A stretch of DNA of 64,000 nucleotides from Cyanobacteria bacterium P01_F01_bin.150 (GCA_039189765.1 JBCCYL010000010.1:32001-96000); one strand, 5' to 3'; shown: positions 22,232 through 34,553, counted from the stretch's first letter. Notes: a model not told the origin generated them from the sequence alone. Translations and numbers: made by a program.

Positions 22232-24187
22232 ATGGTCCAAACTCCGATTTCTCCTAGAAAGCAAGTTGTACAGGCGTCAGCTCCTGCGGTGGATCAGGTG
22301 CCAACTCCTGCTGTAAAGAAAGTTTCCAAGCTTGAGGGTATTAAGGAGCGCAGTGATTTTCTACTGGAACCCATAGCGACGGAACTAAAGAATGATTTGA
22401 ATCACTTTAGTCCGGATGGGGTGCAAATCCTTAAGTTCCACGGCTCCTATCAGCAGCAGACTCGCGGTAAGCGCGAGAAAGGGAAGGGGAAGGACTATCG
22501 CATGATGTTGCGGACCCGGAACCCTGGTGGATTTATTCCGGCAGAACTTTATCTGACTCTAGATGAGCTGTCGGACAAGTATGGCTACGGCAATATCCGA
22601 GCAACGACTCGTCAGGCATTTCAGCTCCATGGCATTCTCAAGAAAAATTTGAAAGACACGATTGCGGCGATTATTCGCAGCATGGGGTCTACATTGGGTG
22701 CCTGTGGTGACCTAAGCCGAAATGTGATGGCAGTTCCGGCTCCAATCAAAGATAAGCCAGAATATGTTTATGCTCGGGAATATGCAGACCGAATTGCTGA
22801 TTTGCTAACGCCCCAGACGCCTGCTTATTACGATATTTGGCTGGATGGGGAGAAGGCGGTTTCATCTGAGGAACATCCAGATGTAACGGCAGCCCGCCGT
22901 CGGGACCTTAATGGGACTAATATTGGGAACAGCGTGGAGCCAATTTACGGGACTTACTATATGCCCCGTAAGTTTAAATGTTCAGTGACGGTTCCTGGCG
23001 ACAACTCGGTGGATGCCTACACCCAGGACGTCACTTTGGTGGTGATTCTGGATGAAAATAAAGAATTACAGGGCTTTAATGTGCTTGCAGGGGGCGGCAT
23101 GGGTCGTACCCACAAGCTGGAGGAAACATTTGCTCGAATTGCTGATGAGATTGGCTATGTCGATAAGGATGATGTTTATGACTTAGTGAAGGCAATTGTG
23201 GCAACCCAGCGAGATTATGGCGATCGCGTCCAGCGCCGCCATGCTCGAATGAAGTATCTAATACATGATTGGGGCGTTGACAAGTTCCGGGCCAAGGTTG
23301 AGGAGTATTTTGGGAAGAAAATTCAACCTTATAAGCCATTGCCGGAGTGGAAATTTTATGATTACCTCGGTTGGAATGAACAGGGAGATGGCAAGCTTTT
23401 CCTGGGCGTTCATATTGAAAATGGTCGAATTTACGACAATGGCACCTTTAATATGAAGTCAGCTCTCAAGGAAATTCAGCTACGCTATCGATTGCCAATG
23501 CGATTGACTAGTAACCAAAGTTTGTTGCTGACTGAAATCGAACCCGAGCACAAAGCTGAAATTGACCGGATCTTACGCACCAATGGCATCGATTCGGAAG
23601 ATCAAATCAATATGCTGCATCGTTATGCCATGGCATGTCCAGCACTGCCGACCTGTGGCCTAGCGCTAGCGGAGGCGGAACGAGGGTTGCCTAGCATGTT
23701 GGATAGAATTCAGGTCCTTCTGAATAAGCTAAAGCTTAAGGAAGAACATTTTGTGGTACGGATGACGGGTTGTCCCAATGGTTGTGCTCGTCCCTACATG
23801 GCTGAGCTTGGCTTTGTCGGCAGTGGTGCTGATACCTATCAGCTTTGGTTAGGGGGAGCGCCCCACCAAACTCGTCTGGCCCAACCCTACATGCAAAAGA
23901 TGCCCGTTGATGATTTGGAGAAGACGTTGGAGCCAATGTTCGTCCTCTTTAAAAAGGAGCGTCAAAAAGGGGAAAGCTTTGGAGATTTTTGCGATCGCAT
24001 TGGGTTTGATGCGATTCGGGCGTTTTCCGAAACCTACGTGCCTAAGAAATCGGGTCGCCGTAACCACAGGATATGCGTTTCTGATGATACGTATACTCAA
24101 TTGCGGGAAGCGTCGGCTGAGCAAAATCTGAGCATGGCTGAAATTACGGAACAGGCGATCGCTGCCTATTTTCAAAACGGATCGTAA
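22232..24187 (+). CDS. sir: Ferredoxin-sulfite reductase
   Basis: [21 protein letters not shown] and MTGCPNGC siroheme/4Fe-4S motifs. Confidence 0.97.
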   Translation: MVQTPISPRKQVVQASAPAVDQVPTPAVKKVSKLEGIKERSDFLLEPIATELKNDLNHFSPDGVQILKFHGSYQQQTRGKREKGKGKDYRMMLRTRNPGGFIPAELYLTLDELSDKYGYGNIRATTRQAFQLHGILKKNLKDTIAAIIRSMGSTLGACGDLSRNVMAVPAPIKDKPEYVYAREYADRIADLLTPQTPAYYDIWLDGEKAVSSEEHPDVTAARRRDLNGTNIGNSVEPIYGTYYMPRKFKCSVTVPGDNSVDAYTQDVTLVVILDENKELQGFNVLAGGGMGRTHKLEETFARIADEIGYVDKDDVYDLVKAIVATQRDYGDRVQRRHARMKYLIHDWGVDKFRAKVEEYFGKKIQPYKPLPEWKFYDYLGWNEQGDGKLFLGVHIENGRIYDNGTFNMKSALKEIQLRYRLPMRLTSNQSLLLTEIEPEHKAEIDRILRTNGIDSEDQINMLHRYAMACPALPTCGLALAEAERGLPSMLDRIQVLLNKLKLKEEHFVVRMTGCPNGCARPYMAELGFVGSGADTYQLWLGGAPHQTRLAQPYMQKMPVDDLEKTLEPMFVLFKKERQKGESFGDFCDRIGFDAIRAFSETYVPKKSGRRNHRICVSDDTYTQLREASAEQNLSMAEITEQAIAAYFQNGS

Positions 24188-24242
24188 GCCTTCCAGATAA
24201 AACATTCCATCGACATGATGTAGTTTGCATAGGTCCCGTAAA

Positions 24243-24318
24243 GTAGCAGCTTTAGGCGGGTGTTGTGAGCGGAAGCCCTCTCAACACCCGCCTAATTAAT
24301 ATGATTCAAAGCGAAACT
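24243..24318 (+). repeat. Variant of the MITE-like element with a different hairpin
   Basis: GTAGCAGCTTTAGGCGG left end; hairpin TAGGCGGGTGTTG...CAACACCCGCCTA; weak right end AAAGCGAAAC. Confidence 0.5.
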
Positions 24319-24322
24319 CGTC

Positions 24323-24664
24323 TCATCTACATGGTGTGCGAGTTCCAGTTATGTAGACATGGGCTTGAACCTGCACTCCGCTAATAAGGGTCACGGAGGT
24401 GAGGACGCGATCGTAGTCTTGGCCTTCAAATTTATCAAGATCGGCCCAGTGGTTGATCAAATTTTCAGAGGAAAATACATGTCCTTGAATCTCACACCCA
24501 TTTTCATTAAGCACTAAGCCAGGATATCCCATGCTAGCGCCCCAACCTGCTTCTATAAGGTTGCCTTTGATGCTGGCGGGTTCCCACTCCCCTGCGATTG
24601 CATCAAGAATATATGCATTTGGTCCACCAGGTTGGAGTGATCCGTAGACAAATAGTCTCTCCAT
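24323..24664 (-). CDS. Gamma-glutamylcyclotransferase (AIG2-like)
   Basis: LFVYGSL, GYPGL, LDKFEG..Y.R motifs. Confidence 0.88.
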   Translation of the reverse strand: MERLFVYGSLQPGGPNAYILDAIAGEWEPASIKGNLIEAGWGASMGYPGLVLNENGCEIQGHVFSSENLINHWADLDKFEGQDYDRVLTSVTLISGVQVQAHVYITGTRTPCR

Positions 24665-24852
24665 AGTTGATTATTCTGCCTAGTTTTACCTATTTTCCTA
24701 AGTTATAGCTGTGGAAACCTTCGTTGGAGAATGGGTATTCTCATGCGAACACAAACGCCAACACAAAAATATTCAGGTCAAGCCATATTCAAGCCGGACC
24801 AAACATTGGCAAAGTAGGGCAATTGCACTGGATCTAGCAGTTTCGTCTGTGC

Positions 24853-26016
24853 TTATTCGCCTTTGGCGTCTGCTTTAAGCTGTTCAAATGCCCAGTCTAA
24901 CCAGGGCAGCAGCGCTTGAATATCGGACGTTTCTACGGTTCCACCGCCCCAAATCCGAAGTCCGGGAGGAGCATCGCGATAGGAAGCAATATCATAAGCG
25001 ACGCCTTCCTTATCCAGCATGCCTGCCATAGTTTTAATACCCTTGGCCTGTTCATCTGGTGATAATCCGGTGTACCAAGGATCCACTACTTTGAGACAGA
25101 TGGAGGTGTTGGAACGGGTTTCAGGCACTTCAGCTAGAAAATCAACCCAGGGCGTTTCTTCAACCCAAGTGGCGATCGCCTCCAAATTTGCTTCTGACCG
25201 AGCAATCAGCGGCTTTAGTCCTCCTAAAGACTCAGCCCACTTCAATCCGTCTAGGGCATCTTCCACACAGAGCATGGACGGTGTATTAATCGTACTGCCT
25301 TCAAAAATAGCGGTATTCACTTTGCCTTTTTTGGTCAGTCGGAAGATCTTGGGCAATGGCCAAGCGGGCGTGTAGGATTCCAACCGTTCCACCGCCCGAG
25401 GACTGAGCACCAACATGCCGTGGGCCGCTTCTCCCCCCATTACCTTCTGCCAGGACCAGGTGACCACATCCAGTTTGGACCAGGGCATCTCCATGGCAAA
25501 TACCGCAGACGTAGAGTCGGCGATCGCAAGCCCTCCTCGATCATCAGGAATCCAATCGCCATTGGGCACCTTTACGCCTGAGGTGGTGCCGTTCCACGTA
25601 AAAACCACATCACGGCTCCAATCGAGCTGCGTCAAATCTGGTAATTTGCCATAGTCAGCGATATGGGTACGGCAGTCCTCCAGATTTAGCTGTTTCTGGA
25701 CATCCGTCACCCAGCTAGAGCCAAAGCTTTCCCACGCAACCATCTCCACGCCCCGCGCTCCCAATAGGGACCACATGGCCAATTCAATCGCCCCGGTATC
25801 CGATGCGGGCACAATGCCACAGAGATAATCATCAGGCAGTTCCAGCAAAGCACGGGTGCGATCAATCGCCTCTTTTAGCCGGGCCTTCCCTGGCTTAGAA
25901 CGGTGCGATCGCCCCATCAACGCAGAGCTGAGTGCATCAACACTCCAGCCCGGTCGCTTTGAGCAAGGGCCAGAGGAAAAATTAGGATTTTGCGGTTGTT
26001 GAGTCGGCTTTGTCAT
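24853..26016 (-). CDS. serC: Phosphoserine aminotransferase (Methanosarcina/alphaproteobacterial type)
   Basis: FSSGPC.KRPGW, GRSHRS, ASDTGA, NGTTSG, SWQK (PLP Lys), [15 protein letters not shown]. Confidence 0.92.
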   Translation of the reverse strand: MTKPTQQPQNPNFSSGPCSKRPGWSVDALSSALMGRSHRSKPGKARLKEAIDRTRALLELPDDYLCGIVPASDTGAIELAMWSLLGARGVEMVAWESFGSSWVTDVQKQLNLEDCRTHIADYGKLPDLTQLDWSRDVVFTWNGTTSGVKVPNGDWIPDDRGGLAIADSTSAVFAMEMPWSKLDVVTWSWQKVMGGEAAHGMLVLSPRAVERLESYTPAWPLPKIFRLTKKGKVNTAIFEGSTINTPSMLCVEDALDGLKWAESLGGLKPLIARSEANLEAIATWVEETPWVDFLAEVPETRSNTSICLKVVDPWYTGLSPDEQAKGIKTMAGMLDKEGVAYDIASYRDAPPGLRIWGGGTVETSDIQALLPWLDWAFEQLKADAKGE

Positions 26017-26238
26017 GATCACACACAGTAAGGTACACGTACTTCCAATGCTTTGATTAATATAGGTTTGAGGGGGAATAGCTTAAGCGATCGCCCCAAA
26101 TTAAGCACGTTATTGTTCTTCACTATAGAGACATACGCAAGTCAGCTCGCCAAATATTATGAAAAATTCGGGTATGGCCTCGGCAAGAGGCTTTGATAAG
26201 ATGGTCGCAAACATCATGCAGAGTGACAGTCGAGTAAA

Positions 26239-26973
26239 GTGGTAAAACTTGTCCTAGAAAATATTCATAAATCATATGGTGCCAGGGCTGTTGTTAATCG
26301 AGTCAGTCTCTCTGTATTTCAGGGAGAGGTCGTGGGATTGTTAGGGCCAAATGGCGCTGGAAAAACAACCACGTTTTATATTGCCACTGGTTTAGAAAAG
26401 CCAAATCGCGGCAAAGTATGGCTAAATGAACAGGAAATTACTCCTCTACCTATGCATGAACGCGCAAAGCTAGGGCTTGGCTACTTGCCCCAAGAACCAA
26501 GTGTTTTTGGTAATCTTAGCGTTGCTGATAATATCTTGCTTGTTCTTCAACAAACTCGGGTGCCTCGTAACGAACATCGCGATCGCCTTCATGCCCTGGT
26601 TAAAGAATTCCGTTTAGAGGATGTTGTCAATATCCGAGGTAATCAGCTATCGGGCGGTTATCGCCGTCGAACTGAGTTAGCAAGGGCATTGGCAGCAGGG
26701 GTGAATGGACCCCAGTTTATTTTGCTAGATGAACCGTTTACGGGTGTTGATCCCATTGCCGTAGCCGAAATTCAAGAAATTTTATCTCGCCTGTGTCGCG
26801 ATCGCAGCATGGGTATCTTAATTACTGACCACAATGTTCGTGAAACATTAGCGATTACAAATCGGGCGTATATTCTTCGAGACGGTGAAATTCTGGCCGG
26901 GGGAAGTGCAGAAGAACTGTATGGTAACCCCCTTGTACGGCAATATTATCTGGGCAGTAATTTCCAGCCCTAG
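26239..26973 (+). CDS. lptB: LPS export ABC ATPase
   Basis: GPNGAGKTT, YLPQE, LSGG, LLDEPF.GVDP, ITDHNVRETL. Confidence 0.93.
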   Translation: MVKLVLENIHKSYGARAVVNRVSLSVFQGEVVGLLGPNGAGKTTTFYIATGLEKPNRGKVWLNEQEITPLPMHERAKLGLGYLPQEPSVFGNLSVADNILLVLQQTRVPRNEHRDRLHALVKEFRLEDVVNIRGNQLSGGYRRRTELARALAAGVNGPQFILLDEPFTGVDPIAVAEIQEILSRLCRDRSMGILITDHNVRETLAITNRAYILRDGEILAGGSAEELYGNPLVRQYYLGSNFQP

Positions 26974-27025
26974 CTTTTTATTTTTCTGTTTTTAATTGTC
27001 TGATTACTTTAACTTCCAAACATCT

Positions 27026-28231
27026 ATGGCATCTGGCATATCCAAATTCCCCAAGCTTCCGCTACCAAGAACCTCCCAATCAAGATCCTCTTGGCTTCCG
27101 ACGCTATCGGTAATGGATCGCTACATTATTATGGAATTGTTGCCGCCTTTTTTATTCGGAGTGGGGGCATTTACTTCGTTGGGGGTATCCATTGGTGCAC
27201 TGTTTGATCTGATTCGTAAAGTATCAGAATACGGATTGCCCTTTGGGATTGCCACCCAGGTGCTGCTTTTAACCCTGCCCCAATTCATTTCCTACTCATT
27301 TCCTATGGCAGTCTTGTTGGCGGCCTTGATTACCTACAGTCGTTTTTCCAGCGATAGTGAATTAGTGGCGTTGAAGGGCTGCGGCATTCAAGTTTCTCGG
27401 GTGATTGTGCCAGCAATTCTGTTAAGTTTGGTGGTAACTGGCATTGCCTTTACCTTTAATGAGGTGATTGTCCCGTCGGCAAATGCAAGAGCCTCAACAA
27501 CCTTAAATTCATTTGTTAACGATGACAAAGGGCCAACTTTTCGCCAAGAAAATATTTTGTTTCAGGACTATCAAGATATTACTCAGGATGATGGCAAGAC
27601 TGAGGAAATCCTATCTCGTTTATTCTATGCCCGTCGGTTTGATGGTGAAACCATGTATGGGCTGACGGTTTTGGATTTTAGTAAGGAACAGCTGAGTCAA
27701 ATTATTAGTGCCCAGTCCGCCACTTGGAACCCGGATGCTAACCGTTGGGACTTTTTTGACGGCACTATTTACTTTGTGCTGCCTGACGGAAGCTACGGCA
27801 ATATTCTGAAGTTTGAACAACAGCAGCTTCAATTACCTCGAACACCGTTAGATATTGCCGAAAATAAGCGGAAAGATCCGACCCAAATGAACCTAACCGA
27901 ATCTTGGGAACATGTACAGGAATTGCGTCAGCGCGGGAGTCGCTCACGCCTACGTAGGTTATTAATTACGATTCATCAGAAGTATGCTCTACCATTTGCC
28001 TGTCTGGTTTTTGGCATTGCGGGAGCGGCCCTTGGCAGTCGATTAAGGCGCACTGGTCGAGCTATCAGCTTTGCTTTGAGCATTGTGATTATTTTTGGCT
28101 ACTATCTTGTTTTCGCCATCTGTAATGCGTTTTCCCACTCAGAAATTCTTACGCCCCTGGTTGGTGCATGGATTCCTAATATTATCGGGGTTCTAATTGG
28201 AGGGTTTTTACTGATTCGGGCAAATCGATAA
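27026..28231 (+). CDS. LptF/LptG (YjgP/YjgQ) permease
   Basis: MDRYI, SSDSELVAL..CG, HQKYALP, GAWIPN; follows lptB. Confidence 0.9.
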   Translation: MASGISKFPKLPLPRTSQSRSSWLPTLSVMDRYIIMELLPPFLFGVGAFTSLGVSIGALFDLIRKVSEYGLPFGIATQVLLLTLPQFISYSFPMAVLLAALITYSRFSSDSELVALKGCGIQVSRVIVPAILLSLVVTGIAFTFNEVIVPSANARASTTLNSFVNDDKGPTFRQENILFQDYQDITQDDGKTEEILSRLFYARRFDGETMYGLTVLDFSKEQLSQIISAQSATWNPDANRWDFFDGTIYFVLPDGSYGNILKFEQQQLQLPRTPLDIAENKRKDPTQMNLTESWEHVQELRQRGSRSRLRRLLITIHQKYALPFACLVFGIAGAALGSRLRRTGRAISFALSIVIIFGYYLVFAICNAFSHSEILTPLVGAWIPNIIGVLIGGFLLIRANR

Positions 28232-28310
28232 TCCTGCCATATTGAAAAATAATAGCGATGGCAGCGTCGGGGGTCTTCGCTATTCACATATCATTCAGTG
28301 GGAGTGTGCC

Positions 28311-29543
28311 ATGTCTTCTTCACAGAAATCATCCAAGCCCCAAACACCTCCTCTTAGTCGCTGGAAAGGGCGATTACGCATTTTTAATAAGCCTACTCTA
28401 TGGGTGTCAACATCTGTATTACTGTTTATTGGCCTATTGATTGCAGATTATTCACGGGTTCAGATGAGCCAGACAGATATTGATCAACGGCTAGAATTGC
28501 AAAATGATGGCGCTGAGAACAAAGAGGGCGATCGCCAAGACGCGTCCAATGTATCTGACTATGGTGATACGACCCAGCCTGCGACTTTAGACGGTATTCC
28601 ATTGCCTGACGATCCTGAATTACGGGAATGGGCCATTCGAGAGGCCAATAATCTCAATCCTGATGCAGAAAAGGACACTCAGGATGGGCCGATAAGCGAA
28701 AATAGAGAGTCTGCCGATGCCAGTGAACGTGCATCAACAGATGCATTGCTCGTGAGTGACCCCACTCGTCTAATTACCCATACTGAAAACGACAATAAAT
28801 CCCAGGAGCACGCTGGTTCCGCCAATGCAAACACCCGACGTAATCACCACAATCGCCAAGATAGCCAATCAGAGTCCCTATTTTTTGAATATGTTGGTAG
28901 AGCAGATGATGTTTTGAAGGTAATGGGGCTGGGTTCGTCTCAAGCTTCAGCAAATAGTCTGGCAACCTCATTAGACTCGACTACACCATCGACAGAGCAT
29001 ACATCAGCATTTTGGCAAAGCCCTGAGCCTGATACTTCACAACCATCAGCTTTATCCCAAGCCTTACAAAATTTGGCGATTGAGTCTAGCAGGCAGGCCA
29101 CTGATCCCTCATTGAGCAATAATGCAGCATCTCCTAACGCTTACCCAGATGCGCCCCTAAGACCCTCCATTCTGCCAACATCGGTATTAGGGCAGCCTTT
29201 GGAGGGAGTCCCTATTTTTCGACAGCCTTTGATTCAAACGTCTCCAACGTCTGGCACCACCGGGTATGTAGCACCACCACCTTTACCGAATGCCTCACCA
29301 ATAACCTCTGGAAATGGAGTTGTGCCACCAACCGCCAATGGAGTGACGCCTAATGCCATTTTGGACTCCACTGCTGCCACATCTGCTCCAAATATTGCGC
29401 CTCAACCAGCCGTAAGCGTGCCGCTACCTCAACCAGCTCCGGCGATTCCTTCCCCTGTATTTGCAGCTCCTATCCCAGTTGAACAAACGCCTTATACAGG
29501 CGGTGGCCGAAATGGGGAAATTAATACATTTTCAAACCCATAA
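28311..29543 (+). CDS. Membrane-anchored Pro/Ser/Thr-rich hypothetical protein
   Basis: One N-terminal TM helix, long low-complexity region, C-terminal GGGRNGEINTFSNP. Confidence 0.65.
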   Translation: MSSSQKSSKPQTPPLSRWKGRLRIFNKPTLWVSTSVLLFIGLLIADYSRVQMSQTDIDQRLELQNDGAENKEGDRQDASNVSDYGDTTQPATLDGIPLPDDPELREWAIREANNLNPDAEKDTQDGPISENRESADASERASTDALLVSDPTRLITHTENDNKSQEHAGSANANTRRNHHNRQDSQSESLFFEYVGRADDVLKVMGLGSSQASANSLATSLDSTTPSTEHTSAFWQSPEPDTSQPSALSQALQNLAIESSRQATDPSLSNNAASPNAYPDAPLRPSILPTSVLGQPLEGVPIFRQPLIQTSPTSGTTGYVAPPPLPNASPITSGNGVVPPTANGVTPNAILDSTAATSAPNIAPQPAVSVPLPQPAPAIPSPVFAAPIPVEQTPYTGGGRNGEINTFSNP

Positions 29544-29566
29544 AAACAGGGGTGACATTGCACCCC
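29542..29566 (-). terminator. Terminator after prk
   Basis: GGGGTG / CACCCC stem followed by a T-run on the minus strand. Confidence 0.55.
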
Positions 29567-29614
29567 CTCAATCACTTAGACTCGATTGCCTCTGTTACTC
29601 AGTATCGCAGTTGC

Positions 29615-30619
29615 TTAAACTCGCGCTGCAATCCGAGACCCAGCAGAAACCAACTTTTCATAAGTTGCACGCATCTTAAGACCAGCCAGAACTTGGAATA
29701 GACCAGTACCATTATTGGAGCCGGGATATTCTTTGCGCTTCAACAATAGCTCAGTCATCTCACCTTCGAAACGAGCGGATGTATTGCTGAGGTGCTGCTC
29801 TACATAAATCATCTCCTCAAGATTATCGAACTCTCCATCCACTTCCAGAACAGAAACTTCGTTACCCATGTAGGAGTCGGGACCGTAGAACATGCGAATT
29901 CCAGGGTAGGAACAAGTCAATTTACGGCCACAGGGAATCCAGTCAATAGTAGAGCCTTCGTCGAATAAATAAACGGGTTCAAATCCTTCAACACCTTCTT
30001 TTTGAATCAAACGAACGCGCAACACCTTGCGGTCCTTATCATCTTTAATCAAGTTTGTTGGCAGAACTTGAATAACGATATCCGCATACTGCTTCTGAAC
30101 ATCAATATATGCTTCAAAGTCAGGTTTGCGGGCATTGATAGATGCCAAGATGTCTTCATAGCTGTGGCCACGCTCAGCCATGTCGCGCTGAATCTTCCAC
30201 GCAATCTTAACTTCATCACTGATGTCTAGATAAACACTAAAATCAAGCAGATCGCGAACTCGCTCATCATACATAGGGTGTAATCCCTCAATGACGACGA
30301 TATGATTTGGATCTACTCTTTCGGGAGGATCAATCTCCCCGGTCTCATGGTTGTAGATGGGCTTATCAATTGAAGTCCCACCTTTCAGCGTTTTAATCTG
30401 ATCGTACATTAAGTCGAAGTTGTTGGCCTTGGGATTCAACGCCGTAACTCCCGCTGCTTTCCGCCCTTTGCGGTCCAGACTGTGATAATCATCCAGGCAA
30501 ATTACAGTAATCAGCTCTTCGCCGAATAAGTCAGCGAGACGACGTAAAAAGGTTGACTTGCCACAACCCGAATCTCCGGCAACACCGATCAAAACTACCT
30601 TGTCTGGCTTACTGGTCAT
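29615..30619 (-). CDS. prk: Phosphoribulokinase
   Basis: GVAGDSGCGKSTF, ICLDDYH, RDMAERGH, GSNNGTG. Confidence 0.98.
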   Translation of the reverse strand: MTSKPDKVVLIGVAGDSGCGKSTFLRRLADLFGEELITVICLDDYHSLDRKGRKAAGVTALNPKANNFDLMYDQIKTLKGGTSIDKPIYNHETGEIDPPERVDPNHIVVIEGLHPMYDERVRDLLDFSVYLDISDEVKIAWKIQRDMAERGHSYEDILASINARKPDFEAYIDVQKQYADIVIQVLPTNLIKDDKDRKVLRVRLIQKEGVEGFEPVYLFDEGSTIDWIPCGRKLTCSYPGIRMFYGPDSYMGNEVSVLEVDGEFDNLEEMIYVEQHLSNTSARFEGEMTELLLKRKEYPGSNNGTGLFQVLAGLKMRATYEKLVSAGSRIAARV

Positions 30620-31441
30620 TAGGCTCCCTCTATAAACAGTCCTGTGAACACAATGAATAAACACTCATTTACCCAATCAAGTCTTGAGCATACTCAGAGC
30701 AGTAAGGTATACGGCTAAACCTGTAGACTCTGCAAATGGAACTACAGCAAACCTACACTGAATCCTGAGTTACCCAAAGCTTGCAAAAATCCCCAAACGT
30801 GAATAAGCCTGACACGATAGAAAGCGCGCAAGTATTATGAGTAAGGGCTCAATCAACACGTACGAAGTCATCAGAACATAGCTCCCAATAATGGAATCAG
30901 TCCTCTGACTAGGTAATTAATACTAAGGATTAGCGTAAATCTTACCAGAACCCGATCCCCTGTCACAAGATTTGTAGCGATTTTGATTGCAGAGTGAGTC
31001 ATTTGTGCTAAGAGGGAAGTGCTGTCCAATTCTAAATATGGTGTGAAGAAGAGATACGGTTCATCACACATATGAAAAATATGACAAATTATGTACCAGA
31101 TGTACACACTCAGCTATGATGCATTGGAAGTAATGTTTAAAGTAAGTCATTGTGGATTTAATTTAGCTCAGAGTGTCTAGACTTACATATTTTTCTGTCC
31201 TTATGGGATGAAAGCGCTTATCGCCATAGGGCATTTGGTACTTTTATGCTCGGACTATGTAAATTATTAACAAAAAGTGTGTTTGTGGTGACTTGAACAA
31301 ATTGCGAAGCTAAGCAATGCTAGCCTGATACAGGTTTTTTTAAGAGCTATTGAATCCTATCTTCTGATAAGGTTTGATGGCTTGAGCATTAATTTAGTAC
31401 ACGACATTGTGTACGGCTCCATGAGTTCTGTAAGGGTTTGA

Positions 31442-32683
<1,242 letters not shown>

Positions 32684-32783
32684 TGCCTCTTCACAGCGAT
32701 AGTCTAACTCTACTTGATGTGTTGTGACTATTGTCAGACCCCATCTTATGCCAGATAAGTATCTGCGCAAAAATACACTGATT

Positions 32784-32815
32784 AAACCCCTGGATTTTTA
32801 AAAATTCAGGGGTTT
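32784..32815. terminator. Bidirectional terminator hairpin
   Basis: AAACCCCTGGATTTTT / AAAAATTCAGGGGTTT between convergent genes. Confidence 0.7.
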
Positions 32816-32822
32816 CTTAGAC

Positions 32823-33107
32823 TTAGCGATTAGCCCCACGAGCTTGCTTGACCATGGCAATCAGAGTTTGGTGGGCATCTTCTGAATCCTTAAGTTCATG
32901 GTCAAAGGCAATACGAATCGTTTGGTCTGCATCACTGGTTTGAACCTGGAGATCCATTCCTTGGGGATCGATTTTGAGCATTTGGGCTGAAACCGCTTCT
33001 GTCGTGTTGCCAAACGCTTTGGCATATAGAACGATGGCTTCGGCATGGTCATCGTTCATGTGAGTGCAAATGCGATCGCTGATTTCTGGGGTAATAATGT
33101 CTGCCAT
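32823..33107 (-). CDS. DUF2470 domain protein
   Basis: RICTHMNDDH...AHQTLIAM. Confidence 0.88.
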   Translation of the reverse strand: MADIITPEISDRICTHMNDDHAEAIVLYAKAFGNTTEAVSAQMLKIDPQGMDLQVQTSDADQTIRIAFDHELKDSEDAHQTLIAMVKQARGANR

Positions 33108-33251
33108 AGGTTTTAAACAATTATTGAGATAGTGTTTTAAGCGCTGCAAAGGATTCATGGTGCAAGCTGTGAAACATTTAACGGGATTTTAGAATGCTTT
33201 ACCCTGCTGCCTCCTGTCTCCTAAAAAACACAACGTGTTTCTTTCATTTTG

Positions 33252-33286
33252 AACGAATTGTGTCGGCGAGGCCGACACAATTCGTT
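33252..33286. repeat. Perfect 16-bp-stem hairpin
   Basis: AACGAATTGTGTCGGC-GAG-GCCGACACAATTCGTT. Confidence 0.8.
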
Positions 33287-33319
33287 AGAGGCTCCTAAGA
33301 AACACTTTATGATCATATT

Positions 33320-33376
33320 GGGTATCAACTTGAGGTGGGTAGTGTGGGCGCGTCGCACCCACACTACCATTATTTA
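33320..33376 (+). repeat. MITE-like element, left end + hairpin
   Basis: GGGTATCAACTTGAGGTGGGTAGTGTGGGCGCGTCGCACCCACACTACC. Confidence 0.85.
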
Positions 33377-33416
33377 TACGTAAGCTGTGGAACAGAAAAA
33401 GGTTGGAGCAGAAAGT

Positions 33417-34217
33417 CTAGAGAATAAGTTCAGCTAACCCTAAATAGCGGATTTCTGTCGGGCTAATATCAAAGCGGCAGGGAAGCACTTCAACGCCTTG
33501 AGAGATTGCCTTACGCAATAGTTCACCGTAGGTCGGGTCTGCCACATCTCCAGGGGAAAAGCGATCGCAATCTCCTCTGTTAATGAAATACAGCATGACT
33601 GCCCTTGCTTCTGGAACCACATCTATTAGCTCTTGTAAGTGTTTTTGGCCCCTTGTGGTTACAGTGTCTGGGAAAAGCGCCAGCGTTTTATCGACCCAGG
33701 TGGTATTTTTTACCTCTACAAAAATCGGCTTATAAGCCGATTTTTGATTCGCTGCCTGAGGGATGTCGCCCGAAGAAAGCAAGAAATCAATCCGACTTTT
33801 CTTATCTTTGCCGTAGGGCACTTCTGGACGAATGGTTTCATACTCTCCCAACTCAGGAATTAGACGGGATTCTAACACTGATTTGACGACTCGGTTGGGT
33901 AAAGCTGTATTGACTCCAACCCAAATTGGGCCATTATCGTTTACTTCAATTAGTTCCCAAGTGTAGGCTAGTTTGCGTTTGGGATTATCGCTTTTGGATA
34001 CCATGACCCGATTACCCTGAATATTTACACCCGTCATTGGACCTGTGTTTGGGCAGTGGGCCGTGATAGTTTCTCCGGACTCCAACTCAATATCGGCCAT
34101 AAATCGCTTGTAGCGCTTAATCAGACGACCGGATTGCAAAGGCGGATAGGGATAGGACCAATCGTTGGAACTAGATTTTGGCCCAAGGGATGTTGGTTTG
34201 CGTTTGGTTGATGCCAT
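33417..34217 (-). CDS. sfsA: DNA/RNA nuclease SfsA
   Basis: RYKRF, HCPNTG.M, SRIDF, EVKN, FPD..T.RG.KHL. Confidence 0.95.
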   Translation of the reverse strand: MASTKRKPTSLGPKSSSNDWSYPYPPLQSGRLIKRYKRFMADIELESGETITAHCPNTGPMTGVNIQGNRVMVSKSDNPKRKLAYTWELIEVNDNGPIWVGVNTALPNRVVKSVLESRLIPELGEYETIRPEVPYGKDKKSRIDFLLSSGDIPQAANQKSAYKPIFVEVKNTTWVDKTLALFPDTVTTRGQKHLQELIDVVPEARAVMLYFINRGDCDRFSPGDVADPTYGELLRKAISQGVEVLPCRFDISPTEIRYLGLAELIL

Positions 34218-34288
34218 AGTTAGATTCTGAATCAGGCCTCTGGAGCAGGCCAATGTATCTCTGAGCAGCTCTGTGTCATGCTATGGAC

Positions 34289-34489
34289 TTATGCTGCGAT
34301 GGTGTAGCCAGCAGCAGCGATCGCATTCCGCACCACTGTATCTGCCGCTTTTGTTTTGATGGTCACCTGTTTTGTTTGAGTATTGGCATCAATTGCAGCA
34401 TCAGCATCAATTGCTTGCACTGCTTTTGTAATGGTCTCGACACAGGCACTACATGCCATATCCGTCACCTTTAATTCTAAAGTGGCCAT
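34289..34489 (-). CDS. Heavy-metal-associated (CopZ/Atx1-like) metallochaperone
   Basis: MACSAC motif, AGY C-terminus, 66 aa. Confidence 0.9.
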   Translation of the reverse strand: MATLELKVTDMACSACVETITKAVQAIDADAAIDANTQTKQVTIKTKAADTVVRNAIAAAGYTIAA

Positions 34490-34531
34490 AAAGATTCTGT
34501 TCTCCTAAGGTTCTGCCCACCTATTATCGGA

Positions 34532-34553
34532 GGTTTCGCCTTAAATCGAAACC
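34532..34553 (+). repeat. MITE-like element, isolated right-end palindrome
   Basis: GGTTTCGCCTTAAATCGAAACC. Confidence 0.7.

Noticed and set aside
30871..31107. 78-aa ORF and an NtcA-like GTA...TAC in the prk-petH spacer
   Set aside because: The ORF looks non-coding. The GTA-CCAGATG-TAC spacing is 7, not the 8 required for NtcA.
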